From Octopus sinensis (Eukaryota), in contig NC_042999.1 in assembly GCF_006345805.1 (NCBI RefSeq), positions 135,470,001 to 135,534,000 on the forward strand: a DNA stretch of 64,000 nt, read 5' to 3'. A program made the translations under genes and the position numbers. The notes beneath the pieces were generated by a model. It was not told where the DNA came from. It saw only the letters and a program-made list of their open reading frames with translations, and did no database searches. Positions 12,336 through 25,809 of this stretch are shown here, piece after piece (the stretch's first letter is position 1; the number at the start of each line of letters is the position of its first letter).

Positions 12336-13420
12336 CATTTAAAAACAAAATTTTAAAAATTAAAAAATTTTAAATATTAAAAAAATCTTTTAAATTAAAA
12401 AAAAACCTATATAGTTATTTATTTCTATTTGTTTATTTATCTGTATATTCTATTAATTATGTTTTCGGTTTTGTTTATATTGTAACCAGTTTATGGGGAT
12501 CCTCTTCTGTCATATGTTGTGGTGTGTGCGAGTGTTCCATTCCAGTTTCCTATTCAGGCTAGGTTTATCTTCTATTATGTGTGTAGCTTCCGTAATTTGT
12601 CTGATTGTTGCATCTGTTCTATGTGTGGACAAGATTTTAACCTCTATGTTGTTGATTGATCCCCTGTGTTCCTGCTCGGCGTGTTGGTACAGAATCGATG
12701 AGCTCTTTCCTTCCTTAAATTCTCTCCTATGCTTCGTGCCGTTTCCCCTACGTATGTCGTTGTCTTGTTACTGCATCGTCCCTCTATACATCTTATATAT
12801 AGACTATATTTCTGGCTTTACAGTTTGTTTGTGGGCTAAATCTACACACAGTACATTACCTATCCGTACAGGGGGTTCTACTAAAAGGTAGGTTCTACCG
12901 ATTATGGATTTGATAGAGTTGCCTGACTTTTCAACAACCTTAATCCTTAGCTTAAGTTTGTCTAGGGTCCTTCTAAAGCGGTACGCCAGTTCAGCTCTAG
13001 GGGTGGAGTCAACGAACATGACACTCTGGTATTTATGGCTATCATACCAAGAATTGGCCTTCCCTATTTTCTTCTTTGTCCTTTCTATAGTATTCCATGA
13101 CTTTCTCCTATAGAGTGGGCAAATCCCATTCCTATCATTACATAATATATTATCAAATTTCTTCATGGTTCCTTGTATACTCTGATCCTTTCTTTATGGC
13201 TGTACCTGAGAACTGCATGATGCGGTGAATGAATGTTGTATGTGGTCTCTTTAACTCTGTAGGCTCGCACATGCGGGACACATTTCACATTATTCCGATG
13301 AGGTCTGCCATCAAAATATTGAATTTGGCATTGTCCGCAATGGCTGAGTTCCGGTGGATCAAGTATTTGGAGGCCATAGAATAAGCTTAAAGCCATGGAA
13401 GTAGATATATCTAGTGGAAG
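11562..13420 (-). mobile_element. Penelope-like element: end of RT, GIY-YIG endonuclease, 3' UTR and direct/inverted terminal copies
   Basis: ORF 12804-13166 (KYQSVMFVDSTP..KVVEKSGNSIKS), then frameshifted NCKARNIVY..TYVGETARSIGE..QHAEQEH..RQITEA. Confidence 0.85.
11941..11980 (-). ncRNA. Minimal type-I hammerhead ribozyme (PLE type), one core substitution
   Basis: Minus strand cca-CTGATGCG-gtcaca-ggag-tgtgac-GAAA-gaactc-tgg: perfect 6-bp stem II, 3-bp stem I, 2-bp stem III; A9 is C in this copy. Confidence 0.7.
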
Positions 13421-13858
13421 TGAAATGTGAGAAGACTGTCAAAGGTCGAATTTTATAGAATGGTAGAAATCACTTATAGGAACTGAAGGTATGTTTCTGC
13501 CAATGTTTGCAACGATAAACGCGTTCTATAAACGTATTTACAAGATGATTATCTGAAAACAAGATGAAATACATTTCACTGTTACAAAGTGAACAAAAAG
13601 ATTTACCTTTATCATACGGTAAAGATATAGAGAGAATATTCTATTCCAAATCAAATTGTTTATTATGATCCTTTAAGTCTCAGATTTATTTACTAAGCCC
13701 AGTATTGTTACGTTTATTGATATGTCTAAATGTAGAGTAATGATTAGATATTCTTTTGGACAACTGAGACGAAGAACTACCTATATAAAAAAGACATCAG
13801 AACCGGAAGAAATTTTACATTGATATCATCAATGTATATAAGTATGTATGTATGTATG

Positions 13859-13892
<34 letters not shown>

Positions 13893-13967
13893 TGCATGTA
13901 TGTATGTATGTATGTATGTATGTATGTATGTATATGTGTGTGTATGTAAGTATATGTATGTAGTATG

Positions 13968-13998
<31 letters not shown>

Positions 13999-14008
13999 GT
14001 ATGTATGC

Positions 14009-14044
<36 letters not shown>

Positions 14045-14045
14045 G

Positions 14046-14082
<37 letters not shown>

Positions 14083-14085
14083 ATA

Positions 14086-14125
<40 letters not shown>

Positions 14126-14126
14126 C

Positions 14127-14154
<28 letters not shown>

Positions 14155-14157
<3 letters not shown>

Positions 14158-14355
14158 TTGTGTTTCTGCTTTTTGTCCCACCGCCATCGTTTGGCAACCG
14201 ATGTTGGTCTGTTTACATCTCCCTAACTTAGCGGTTCGGCAAAAGAGACCGACAGAATAAGTACTAGGCTTACAAAAATAAGTCCCGGAGTCGATTTGTT
14301 CGACTAAAGGCGGTGATTCAGCATGGCCGCAGTCAAATTACCGAAACAAGTAGAA
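14155..14355 (+). mobile_element. SINE family B, 3' half
   Basis: ttagcggttcggcaaaagagaccg..cgactaaaggcggtgattcagcatggccgcagtc. Confidence 0.85.
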
Positions 14356-14356
14356 G

Positions 14357-14395
<39 letters not shown>

Positions 14396-14398
14396 ACA

Positions 14399-15215
14399 CA
14401 GGGTGCGGTGAATAAATTGGCGTCTAAATTACGCAAAAAGGAAAATAACACTAACATCTTATTTTAACAGATAAATTAACCAAAATTACATGAAAATATC
14501 TTGAAATACTAAAGAGTAAATTTATTTGATAAAATCGCCATTGGCTTCAGCTGCGATCTCCAGACAACTTTAGAATCTCCTGCAACTCTTCTTGACGGCC
14601 TCCTTGTCTTCAGTTCGCCTTTGGTGTTACAAGGAGTTTTGTTGGTCTCTCGCTTAACTGCGCCTCATACAAGGGGGTTACAGTCTGGGGTTGTTAGGTG
14701 GTCAGATGTTAGGGGTGGTGTGGTCGCAGAAATTGTCTGACAACCATAAATGGGTTGTCCTGCTTGTGTGGCATGGTGCAGAGTCCTGTTGCCAGAATAG
14801 AATCTTTCAGTAGCCACCATCTTGACCCAGAGCAGCACTTTTTCCTCCAGGCACTTGATGCAGACCTCCATGTTGAAAAGATGAATGGAGGGATAACGTT
14901 GCCATCACTAGTGATCTCTCCAAACACCATGATGTTGATTGGATATTCGATTGTGATCACTCTCGGTGCATGTCCTCAGATTGACACCCAAACACTCTGA
15001 AATGCTCATATTGGGGCTTCCGGTGCGAATGCCAAGCAGTACAGCATGTCGTTTCCAAATTTCTAGTGGAGTGAATTGCGTCATGGTGCTGTTTTTCTCA
15101 CAGGCGGTGCCCAACTGACCCTACGATACTGTGTAGCCGACAAAATCAGAAACAAACAATGCACATAGGCGAAATTAGAAATATAAAATGATGACAATTT
15201 ACCCATCGCACCCTG
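14399..15215 (-). mobile_element. Internally deleted Tc1/mariner element (DD37D/maT-like)
   Basis: TIRs cagggtgcggtgaataaatt / aatttacccatcgcaccctg|TA; decayed transposase HPINIMVFGEITSDGNVIPPFIF..WQQDSAPCH..PDCNPL. Confidence 0.85.
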
Positions 15216-15856
15216 TATGTGTGTGTGTGTGTATTCATGCTTGTATGTATGTATGTATGTATGTATGTATGTATGTATGTATTATGTATGTATGTATGCA
15301 TGTATGTATGTATGGATGGATGGATGGATGGATGGATGGATGGATGGATGGATGGTCCCGGGAACAGTGGGTGCAGGGGCTTCCACCCACTAAAATTTTT
15401 TGGAGTGTAAAATCAAAATTTGTACCCCAATTTACTTATTTCAGGTTTTGAAAAATGTGAGTAAAAAGTGATCTGTAGAAAGTACCTCGAATTAGGGTTC
15501 TTCTAAAAAAAGAAAAAAAGAACTAAGGACATAAATAAATAAATAAATAATATGACCTTATTTGTAAAAATTTGGGGCGTGGGTTTGCACCCCTAAGCAA
15601 ATTTCGTTTCCGAGCCAGTGTATGTATGTATGTATGTATGTATGTATGTATGTATGTATGTATGTATAAATTAATGTATATTCGAATATATGTATGTATA
15701 TAAGTTCAGGTTTGATCATTAGTAGCCTAAGCCATGTCTAACTTAATAGTACCGTCTGGAATAGTCCTTTAAGGCATGTTTTGGGAGAAAACAGCGCACT
15801 CAGATTTACACACACACACACGCATCATTATCATCATCATCATCATCATCATCATC

Positions 15857-16560
15857 ACCTAACATCTGTTTTCCATGTTAGCACGGGTTGGACGGTTTGA
15901 CAGGAGCTGACCAGCTAGAGACCTGCCCAGGCTGCATTTATCTCTTTTAACACACTTTCTACGACTGGATGCCTCTCCTAACGCCAAACACTTTGCAGAA
16001 TGTGTTGAGTGCTCTCTACGTCCCCCACCCCCCCCCACCCCGACACGTGTGCTTTCTACGTGGTGCCGGCATGAGTGCGATTTATGTGGCGCCAGCACAG
16101 GCTATGAAGGACTTGCCTGTTTGAATGGATGGCCACAATTTTACTCAGCTTGACGTATTTTCTCAAGCACGGCAAACCGCTATAAGTCGGTCCCTCGTCA
16201 TCTCTTCTGTGAGACCCAACGTCTGGAGATCTTTTCTCGTCCCACGTTATCCTGGGTTTACCTTCTTCACTAGTTCCCTCCTCAGTGAGAGATCGGCACT
16301 TCTTAATGCAGCTGTCTTCATCCATACGCGTCATATGACCATACCAGCGCAGTCTTCTCCCTTGCACGCAACATCTCATGCCTCTAATTCCCAGTTTTTC
16401 TCTTAAATCATTTAAACTCTGTCGTACATGCACACTGACATTATCCGGCCGGTGGAGCATGCTGGCTTTATTGCTTTCAAGCCTTCCAAGGTCCTTTGTT
16501 GTGAGCCCATGTTCCTCTGGCATACAACGTAGCTGTACATAGTACACAGACATCATATAA
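15857..16560 (-). mobile_element. RTE-clade LINE 3' end with (GAT)n tail
   Basis: ORF 16056-16556: LREKLGIRG..RRLRWYGHMTRMDEDSCIKKC; (CAT)n on plus strand at 15825-15857. Confidence 0.85.
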
Positions 16561-16851
16561 AATTATTGGTCATTCCTCTTAATTTTGTATGTAACACAAT
16601 TTTTAATCTTCAGACATCATATATATATATATATATATATAAATTATCCAAAATGTATAGTATTAAATATCCATCACGGCTGGTCTTACCAATCGGTTTC
16701 GCGTAAATACAATGGAGTGTTAGGTAACAAGCCGATCATATAACTTTACGCTCATCAGGGTTAGCTGATGTGGAAAGGAATGTGGCGAACGCTCTCTATT
16801 GTCGGGGGGTGGATTAGCACAACCTATCAGCGGCTTCTGTGAAAAAGACAG

Positions 16852-16913
<62 letters not shown>

Positions 16914-17517
16914 CACACACATACACACACGTGCGCGCGGACACACACACACACACATTAAAGATTTGTAGGTAATGTTTACATACCAGCCCCAGGAATA
17001 AGTCTAATATGTAAGTTGGTATAGCTGTATGCGGTGGCTATATAAGCAATGTGTTCAGAAGCAATTTTGGATTAGATGAGTGCGGAAGAAGAGGTAATAA
17101 CCCCTCGAAATATGGCACATACACTCATTACCCACTTTTTGTTTTTCGATCACATTGTCTGTTTACATCTGACGTCTCGATACGAAACGTTGTAGGATAA
17201 ATCAGTGCTGGCTGTAAGTTCTATAGAATAACTGTAGAAATACACGCGCGCGCGCACACACACATAGATACATGCAATGTATAGATCGTAAGTAGATAGC
17301 CATGTGTTTGTGTTTGTGCGCGCGCGTCTGTGTGTACATACGTCCCATTCCAACGTATATGTGTAATTTTATATATATATAAATATATATATAAATATAT
17401 ATATAAATATATATTTATATATATAAATACTCGCACACACACACACACACACACACAACACACACACACATACAGATGCGCATGTAACTTAGTATACATG
17501 TTAGCGTATACTCTTTT

Positions 17518-17820
17518 TACTCTTTTACTTGTTTCAGTCATTTGACTGCGGCCATGCTGGAGCACCGCCTTTAGTCGAGCAAATCGACCCCGGGACTTAT
17601 TCTTTGTAAGCCCAGTACTTATTCTATCGAACCGCTAAGTGACGGGGACGTAAACACGCCAGCTAGGGAGACAAACACACATATATATATACGACAGGCT
17701 TCTTTCAGTTTCCGTCTACCAAATCCACTCACAAGGCATTGGTCGGCCCGGGGCTATAGCAGAAGACACTTGCCCAAGATGCCACGCAGCTACTTACCAC
17801 ACAGCCACTCCTACGCCTAT
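17518..17820 (-). mobile_element. SINE family B with internal deletions
   Basis: Near-consensus tail and head in reverse. Confidence 0.9.
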
Positions 17821-18954
17821 AAAAATACAATCTGTCAGAAGTATATATATAGTGTTATAAAAACTTTATGAATGAATGTTAAACTTTTGTAGTCACAGAT
17901 AGGTAGGTGTATGTATGTGCATTAAACATACGAACGAGTGTATGTTTGTGATTATGTGTTAATTTTTAGACGGTCGTGCGTTGAGTGTGTATATGTGTGT
18001 GTGTGTGTGAACGTGTGAGTGAGTGTGTCTGTTTTCTTGAAACACAAAACGAGCGAATCTGTGTTTTTATTTGGAAGCTTCCTTGCCATAGGGGGAAGTG
18101 TTTTGCTTGACTGAACACCATTTCCAATGAAGGTTATGTTTGGAATTTTATTTACTCTTTCTCACACTCTCCTTCTCTCCACCAATTCCTCTCATTCATC
18201 ACCTCAATCCGCCTTCGTTGCCACGACCACAAAACAACAAGCACTGTAAATATTTTTCTTTTTTTTTATTTAATTATTATTATTTTTTATTATTTTTGTG
18301 AGGTTCTCGTTTATATCCCGTCAGTTGACTTCATCTTTCGTCGAGAAGATAGACTCATTCAAATGAAAGGAATTTCGTCGGCTGCACCTGTCCATCTCTA
18401 CAGTTTGTTACCTTTCATTTATTACACTGTGTAACATGATTTTTGTCTATGGGTAACAATTGTTATTTCTTATTTGCTTTCCCCTAGAAAGTATGAAAAA
18501 TGGCTAATATTTCCTTCAAATTTAGCTTTTGTTACATTTATTCAAACCCCAAATAATCCCTCTCAGCACATGACTATGATGCTTCCCCACTACTGTTCAT
18601 GATCAGAAATGCACATATTGTCAGTCACTAAGAGACATGGTCAAGTGGTTAAGGTCAGGCAACTGACAAACAAATCTGTAGTATTGAGCAGAGTATTTGC
18701 TATAATGATTTTTCTGTTTCAGCAACTCAGCGCTGAGTCTGTCTGAAATGTAATGGAAAATTGGCCAGTTTCAAAACATTGATGTCCCGGTCACAAAAGC
18801 AAAGTTTGAAGGGAATAGTAGTAATTTCCTTTGATTTCTAGATAGAAACAAATAGGAAATAACACTTACTGACCAAAGATTAAAAAAATAAATAAATGAA
18901 AAATAAATAAATAAATGAAAATACAAAATAAAAATTTTGTTATACAGTGTTATC

Positions 18955-19170
18955 TTTCACTTGTTTCGGTCATTGGACTACTGCTATGATAAGGCACCGC
19001 TTTCAAGGGTTTTAATCGAACGAATCAACTCCAGTACGTATTTTATTTTATTTTATTTTTAAAGCCTGATACTTATTCTATCTGTCGCTTTTTGCCGAAC
19101 CGCTAATTTACGGGGACGCAAACGCAGCAGCACCGGTTGTCAAGCAGTGGTAGGGGGACAAACGCAGACA
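18955..19170 (-). mobile_element. SINE family B, diverged 3' half
   Basis: tttcacttgtttcggtcattggac..gccgaaccgctaatttacggggacg. Confidence 0.7.
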
Positions 19171-19210
19171 AAAGAAACCGATGGAATAAGTACTTCAATA
19201 AGTACAACAA

Positions 19211-19385
19211 CAACATCGAAAAATACCTTAGGAATGAGAACCCAGGTTCGAAATTTCCCCAAGACACCTGATGAAGGCTGGAGGGTATATCAGCCGAAAC
19301 ACTCTGTTAACAACAAACAAGATGAGGACAAATATCCGTCAATTGTAAATAATGTACATAATTCCTAATCTCTTAAATATAGAAC
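19211..19385 (+). mobile_element. Solo PLE terminal module with hammerhead-like core
   Basis: First 32 nt identical to the reverse complement of 32501-32532 (PLE 3' UTR); contains CTGATGA-a-ggctg..cagcc-GAAAC. Confidence 0.65.
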
Positions 19386-19419
19386 AAGATGGAAAACAGT
19401 GTTTTTTTTTTGTATACTT

Positions 19420-19620
19420 CCACTTTATTTATATTTGAAAAGTTTTCTCCTACCCTCTTTAATTGCAAAGTCTTTGATTAGGTCCTCATTATGACACCAC
19501 GAACACATTGAAACTATATTTCTGATCATATAAACTACTTTCAATGTTTTAAGCGGCTTAAAGTGATTTCTTTTGTGCTGTAAATCATTTACCATTTCTG
19601 TGGTGCTCCCACTTGGTACC
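19420..19620 (-). mobile_element. Possible relic of a hAT transposase C-terminus
   Basis: NEDLIKDFAIKEGRRKLF resembles the end of hAT dimerisation domains; heavily decayed. Confidence 0.35.
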
Positions 19621-20567
19621 CTAAGCACATGCTTATTTTGCTTAATGGTTAATCCAGCACTGTTCGTAGCATTTCTTAGTGGTGTTTGCGTTGACTGTGA
19701 TTTCCATCGCCATAGAAGAAATAGTTTTGATAAAGCAGTCACTTTCATACATCACCTACAACAGGAATCAGCAGCTTTTTCTCACTCAATTGCCGGAAGA
19801 GAAGTCTGTAAGGTGATGGCAAGCTACATTAATTTATTGAACTATTATATATGTATATCATGTAGCTATTAGACGAAATCAATAACTATAGTAAAACATA
19901 ACACAAAGGATTAAATTTATTCAATTTAAGTTGTTATTTATGTTGAAACGGATACAACAATTAGTGATATTTTATGTTGTTTGCCGGTTCAAAGATTTTC
20001 CACGCACACTGTTAGTCTAGATGAAACCAGAAGCACAGTGCGATGTATTTCTTTGTTTGTTTTTCCTATATTTCATTTTTGAAAACAGTTACTTACACTT
20101 AGACATGAATGTTTTACTGATCATCAATTTTTTTTTTTTTTTGCGCATGCCCTATAAATTTGGTATACATTTCGGTTTCAAGAAAATGTTTTATTGTTGA
20201 ACTCGAGCAAGAGATGTACCCTCTGCATGAAATTTGAGTTTTAATAGATCATAGCATTGTTGGATTCGAAAATTTTCTAGAAAAGTCTTCATTTCCACAT
20301 CAAATGAAGTATTAAACAGTTTGAAATCGCCAGTGTGTAAATGAATATCGGCATAAAGGAAGGAAAATCAGTTTTTGAGTTACGTATCACGGTGACAAAA
20401 TATGTTGCTTATCTATATGTTTGAGCTATCCTACTTTAGGAAAAATAGTATAATTTGATTTTACAAGCTGGCTTTTCCATAGTCACTGTTTTGTTTTGGA
20501 GTGAGTACGTATCTTCACATGTCATGTTTTGGCTTATTTTCCCCCACTCCTGAAGCTACAAACTCAA

Positions 20568-20985
20568 GGAGTGGCTGTGTGATATGTAGCTTGCTAACCA
20601 ACCACATGGTTCCGGGTTCAGTCCCACTGCGTGGCATCTTGGGCAAGTGTCTTCTGCTATAGCCCCGGGCCGACCAATGCCTTGTGAGTGGATTTGGTAG
20701 ACGGAAACTGAAAGAAGCCTGTCGTATATATGTATATATATGTATATATGTGTATGTGTGTGTGTTTGTGTGTGTGTGTTTGTCCCCCTAGCATTGCTTG
20801 ACAACCGATGCTGGTGTGTTTACGTCCCCGTCACTTAGCGGTTCGGCAAAAGAGACCGATAGAATAAGTACTGGGCTTAGAAAGAATAAGTCCCGGGGTC
20901 GATTTGCTAGACTAAAGGCGGTGCTCCAGCATGGCCGCAGTCAAATGACTGAAACAAGTAAAAGAGTAAAAGAGTAAGAGTAAAA
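20568..20985 (+). mobile_element. SINE family B, complete and near consensus
   Basis: ggagtggctgtgtg..ccgggttcagtccc..tail gactgaaacaagtaaaagagtaaaagagtaag. Confidence 0.92.
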
Positions 20986-21582
20986 GATAATGGGATGAAA
21001 CAGAAATTATATCATTGATTGAATAAATTGCTTTGTGCATAAAACTTGTCTTATTTTCGCTTAAAAAATCGAATGGACATTTTGGCCAACCCAATTTTGT
21101 TACGTCAAAGTGATTATGAGTAACAATAAAATTTGAAAATTTTCCTACTTCACTTTTGGATGTGCTCGGATGAAAATGTATTTTCAGTTAAACACACACA
21201 CCAACACACGTACATACGCAAATGCTTATACAGACATATACAAATACGCATACAAACAATACACATTCATTGTTATTCATTCACAGACACATATACTCAC
21301 ACATTTGCACACACAAACCGCTGTATAATATTCAGACAGTACTAAATATAATTTTATTATTTTCCTGTTATTTTGGTATTTTTATTTACATCCTCATACT
21401 CTCATTAGCTACTTTCATGTACATTTTTCAACAATAGCTCCGCCGTTATTGACCACTCACGTACTCTTGTCTATCGTATAAGATTCGAGAATATTTTAGA
21501 ATGATGTAGTTAACGAATTTGTAATTTATACATTTTCTCATAGCATGAAGTGTTTTCAATAATTCTGTAAGATAAGGTGACA

Positions 21583-21790
21583 AACTGGCAGAATCGTTAC
21601 TTCAGCGGGCAAAATGCTTAGCGGTGTTTCATCCATCTTTTACGTTCTGAGTTCAAATGTCCCCGAGGTCGACTGTGCCTTTCATCATTTCGGAGTTGAT
21701 AAAATAAGTACCAGTTGAGCACTTTGGTCGATGTAATCGATTTAGCTCCACTCTCGAAATAAGTGGCCTTGTGCCAAAATTTGAACCAAT
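21583..21790 (+). mobile_element. SINE family A
   Basis: ctggcagaatcgtt..gagttcaaatgtccccgaggtcgac..ggccttgtgccaaaatttgaa. Confidence 0.85.
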
Positions 21791-21844
21791 AATTCTGTAA
21801 GTTTAATGCGGCGAGCTAGCAGAATCTTTAGCACGCTGAACAAG

Positions 21845-23230
21845 TATTTGATGGCCTTGTAGGTATTGCATGTGCCAAGGATAATAAAAACTTCACTTCA
21901 AACGTCAGTCTCCAGGAATGACGTTTTGTGCTGCATCCAATGCAGCTTTTACACAAAGATGCTTCGCTATTGTAACGCGAATCCTTAGTACTATGAGCTC
22001 TATCTGGCTCCCTTTATTGACATTTCTACACCTCTTGGTTCTGTAGCTGCTGAGTTCTAGTCGTTCAGGTCAAGTTTGGCTGATTTTGTTTTGACAAAAT
22101 AGCCCACAGCAAGAGTCTAGATCCACAGTTTCTCTTTCTTTTCCCAGATATTTTGTACAAATTTTGCTAACCTCTTCACCAGTGGTGGGCAGTTTTTGTA
22201 AATCTTGCTCGTTGTGCCAGATGATTTTGGAGCAGATACTGCTCCTGCTTTTACTACCACTGCCTTATTTCGTCGGGAGTGAAGTCTGCCAGGTTGAAAG
22301 GGGTGTGTGACTTGAATATTAGCAGCTAGGGATCACCGTGCACTGCTTCCACTGTATCCTGCACCTTTCCTTGAAGCATATCAACCTCCCACTTTTTAGG
22401 CTCTCTTAGGTCAGCTTTGAACCAGAAGAGTTTGATTAAAAAGGTTCTCTTCTGCTTCCTCCTCTATATCTCTGTTTGTTTGTTCCTCCCCTCTCTTTTC
22501 CTCCCTTTCCCTCCCTCTCCGTCCCCTCTCTCTTGCTCTTTCGCTTGCTCACTCCTTTTTTCGGATAGTCTTCGCGAAACTGGAAACTGGAGAAGGTTTC
22601 TTCATAATTCTTAGCTAAGCTGATTTGAGACTACCTTTTTTTCATCTGCTTCTGCTTCTTTCTCGCTTTTGTTCGGCTGTTTTAGGTATTTCTTCAGTTC
22701 TGCAATATAATGCTGCCTCGAACCAGGACCATGTCACTTATTAGTTTTCCTTCATTCATGCCAAAATCTTGGCAATTCTTAACTTTTCGGTTGCATCTGC
22801 TCTCAGAATGTTGTCTTAGATACTGTTTAGAACCTCATCCAACTGAGCTTATCTGCGATCTGTCATTCGTGACAAATTCAGTCGGTTTCCTCCCCCAAAA
22901 TTCCCTAGACTACCAGATTCACCCATTCTGCTTGCTAAGCAAGCTGAGGATAGAGGTCACGGACACTCTGGTTTGCCTCTTGGTCCTACTCCGACCGGCA
23001 AGCAGTTCTAATATGCTTAGAAATAGGCCTCTGGTTAGCATCAGATGTTGCTGTAGATGCTCCTAGATCTTAGATTTCCCTCGATGGATTTTCCCATCAT
23101 GTTCACTTTTAAATATTTTCCCTCAAAAGTTGCATCTCGTTTTGGTTTTTCCTTCCTGTTTTGCTACATCCAATCTTGTAATCCTAATATCATTGTCCAA
23201 GTCGTTAGCAATGTGCCCTCTTCCTCGGTT
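21845..23230 (-). mobile_element. Decayed RLE-type LINE (HERO/NeSL-like), N-terminal region and start of RT
   Basis: Frameshift-joined PFNLADFTPDEIRQ..KIYKNCPPLVKRLAKFVQNIWEKK..AVGYFVK resembles RT domains 0-1 of RLE elements. Confidence 0.6.
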
Positions 23231-23276
23231 TGCAAGGGTATATTTTGTGTGCGCGCGTGAGAGAGAAAGAGAGAAA

Positions 23277-23314
<38 letters not shown>

Positions 23315-23534
23315 TGTGTGTGTGTGAGTGTGTGTGCGAGCGTGCGTGTGTGCGTGCGTTTATGTGAGGCTTGTTTAAGGGTTATTTGACTACACGTCTG
23401 AACTGGTAATTTTATGACAGAGTCTGTTTTAGGATCCAAGCGACGTAAACCTATGATGTTCTGGGTTGATTGATCTTGAACGAAATGTTGAAATACTGGA
23501 GAAATTTAGTGTTTTTTTATGTGAATATTAGAGG

Positions 23535-23760
23535 AAGATGGTGAGTTGGCAGAATCGTTAAGCATGCCGGGCAAAATGCTAAGTGGTATTTCGTCCCTCT
23601 TTATGTTCTGAGTTCAAATCCCGCCGAAGTCGGCTTTGCCTTTCATCTTCTTTCAGAGTCGATAAAATAAGTACCAACAACCAGTTGGGCATTAGAGTCG
23701 ATGTAATCAACTAACCCACTTCCCCGAAACTGCTGGCCTTCTGCCAAAAGTTAAAACCAT
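23535..23760 (+). mobile_element. SINE family A
   Basis: ggtgagttggcagaatcgttaagcatgccgggcaaaatgc..gagttcaaatcccgccgaagtcggc. Confidence 0.85.
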
Positions 23761-24178
23761 TATTACATAACAAGAATATAAGACAAACAGTAATTGCAAA
23801 TATATTTAGATGGTAGTATAAAGTTTTAAACATTGCAATTACTCGTTAGCAAAATATCTCATACGAAATAAATCTGATATTTTTTTTTCTAGCCACCGCA
23901 ACTGGGTGGAGTCCATAATTTTGTTTGAGAAACACAGGCTAGACGATAATGGCTAGAGGATCAGACACGACCCGAGGACAGTATGTTGCCAACTACAATA
24001 GCGTTAAATACATTAAACATATGTATTAATCAAGTGATAATTAAGTGGTAGCAATGCTGTCGGGTAAAGTGCAGTTTGGCAGTAGAATGGCGAAATGATT
24101 TAGGAGTTCAAACATTATTCATTATTCATTTGACGAAATACAAAGGCCCTATGCTTCCAGAAAAAAGATAAAACGTTA

Positions 24179-24213
<35 letters not shown>

Positions 24214-24223
24214 TACATACATG

Positions 24224-24257
<34 letters not shown>

Positions 24258-24936
24258 CATACATACATACATACATACATACATACATACATACATACAT
24301 ACATACATACACATACAAACATACATACATGTTATTAATGTCGCGAGTAAAGTAAATTGGCTTTAGCTTGCGTTTGAAATTGCATTGCAGACTCAGTATA
24401 CCGGAAGTTTACTTCAATACTACGGTGTTCGGAGAATTGGTTATTATTCAAAGACGAAGCCATTACCTTGAAGTGTAGATAATTTCTCAGTTCTTGTTCT
24501 TTTCCTCCAGACTTTAGAATTTTTTTTTGAAAAAAAGGAAAGAAAAAGAGAAAAAAATGATAGACCTACAGAAAGAAAAAAATGGGAAAAAGAAACTGGA
24601 TCTGCCTTTTAATAAATATGCTATCCATCTCTTTGCTCCGAAATTATGCTTAATCTAGACACCGGCGTTAAAACATAAAAATAAAAATTCCTTTAAAATT
24701 TATAAGTGTTTTGACATTGAAATTTTTTTAGCTAGCTTCGGGGAGGAATTCATTGACTGCTTGCCTTACTTGTGTTGTCTTGCTCCAGATAGACTTGTAT
24801 GCGGGGTAGATCACTGTAAATAAGTATCAGCTTCCTTTGTTTATAACTCTAGGGATTTTCATTTGTATAAACAATTATGAAGGAAAGATGTGGTTTGACA
24901 TGTTATAAAATGCTACATTAAACCAAGTTACTTTGA

Positions 24937-24989
<53 letters not shown>

Positions 24990-25766
24990 AAACAAAATGA
25001 CGAAAGAAAACAACCTTTTACGAAAATTATTATCAACAGTTTTTATAGTTTCAATATACTATTTCACAATTTCATTTAAAACAAAAAGTACAAATAAAGT
25101 AAAAGAAAATAGAAGACTCTTGCGTTTTCATAGTTGACATTCTTGTATTTTAGGGATAGATCTCGATGACTCAAATGACGTACAAAGGATGACGCACAAA
25201 TGCTTAAGTTATGTAATGTTACTACTGAGAGTTTTATTTTTGAATAACAGGCTCCTCTATTCTTGTTCTGGTTATGATCGCCAATTTTTTTTTTTTTTTT
25301 GATCTTTTGAAAACTCCGATCTGTGATCAAAGACATTCCATTAATGACTGTTCTGTCTTTTATTCAAACTATATTATCCAAAGATTATCCAGTATGTTTC
25401 TTTTTCAGAATAGTGTTGTATGATTTTTAAGGAAACTTGGTTGCTATTTCTAGCATGTCGAACAACCACTAAGAAGCGTAGGTTAATCTGTGTTATATGG
25501 AGGAAAACTTACTTTTGTTCTTCATTTTTAGCAAGCTGTTCGTTATACTTCTTAAAGACACTTCGCTCTTTGTTCATGACCCTCTCTATACTAATCACCT
25601 TCTTTCATTAAAAACTGACACGATTTGCTGCTCTCATAAATAATTGATATCTTCGTAGTTCAACTGATTGGAACTCAAAGGATTATGAAAATACGTAGAT
25701 TAAACTAGCATAGCGAAAGGGTCAGAGATTCAGTATTTTGCAGGAATTTTATGATTTCTGCTTCTG

Positions 25767-25809
<43 letters not shown>

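Noticed and set aside
13440-13495. Plus-strand splice donor AAG|gtatgt
   Set aside because: Candidate upstream exon has stops in all frames and no supporting partner.
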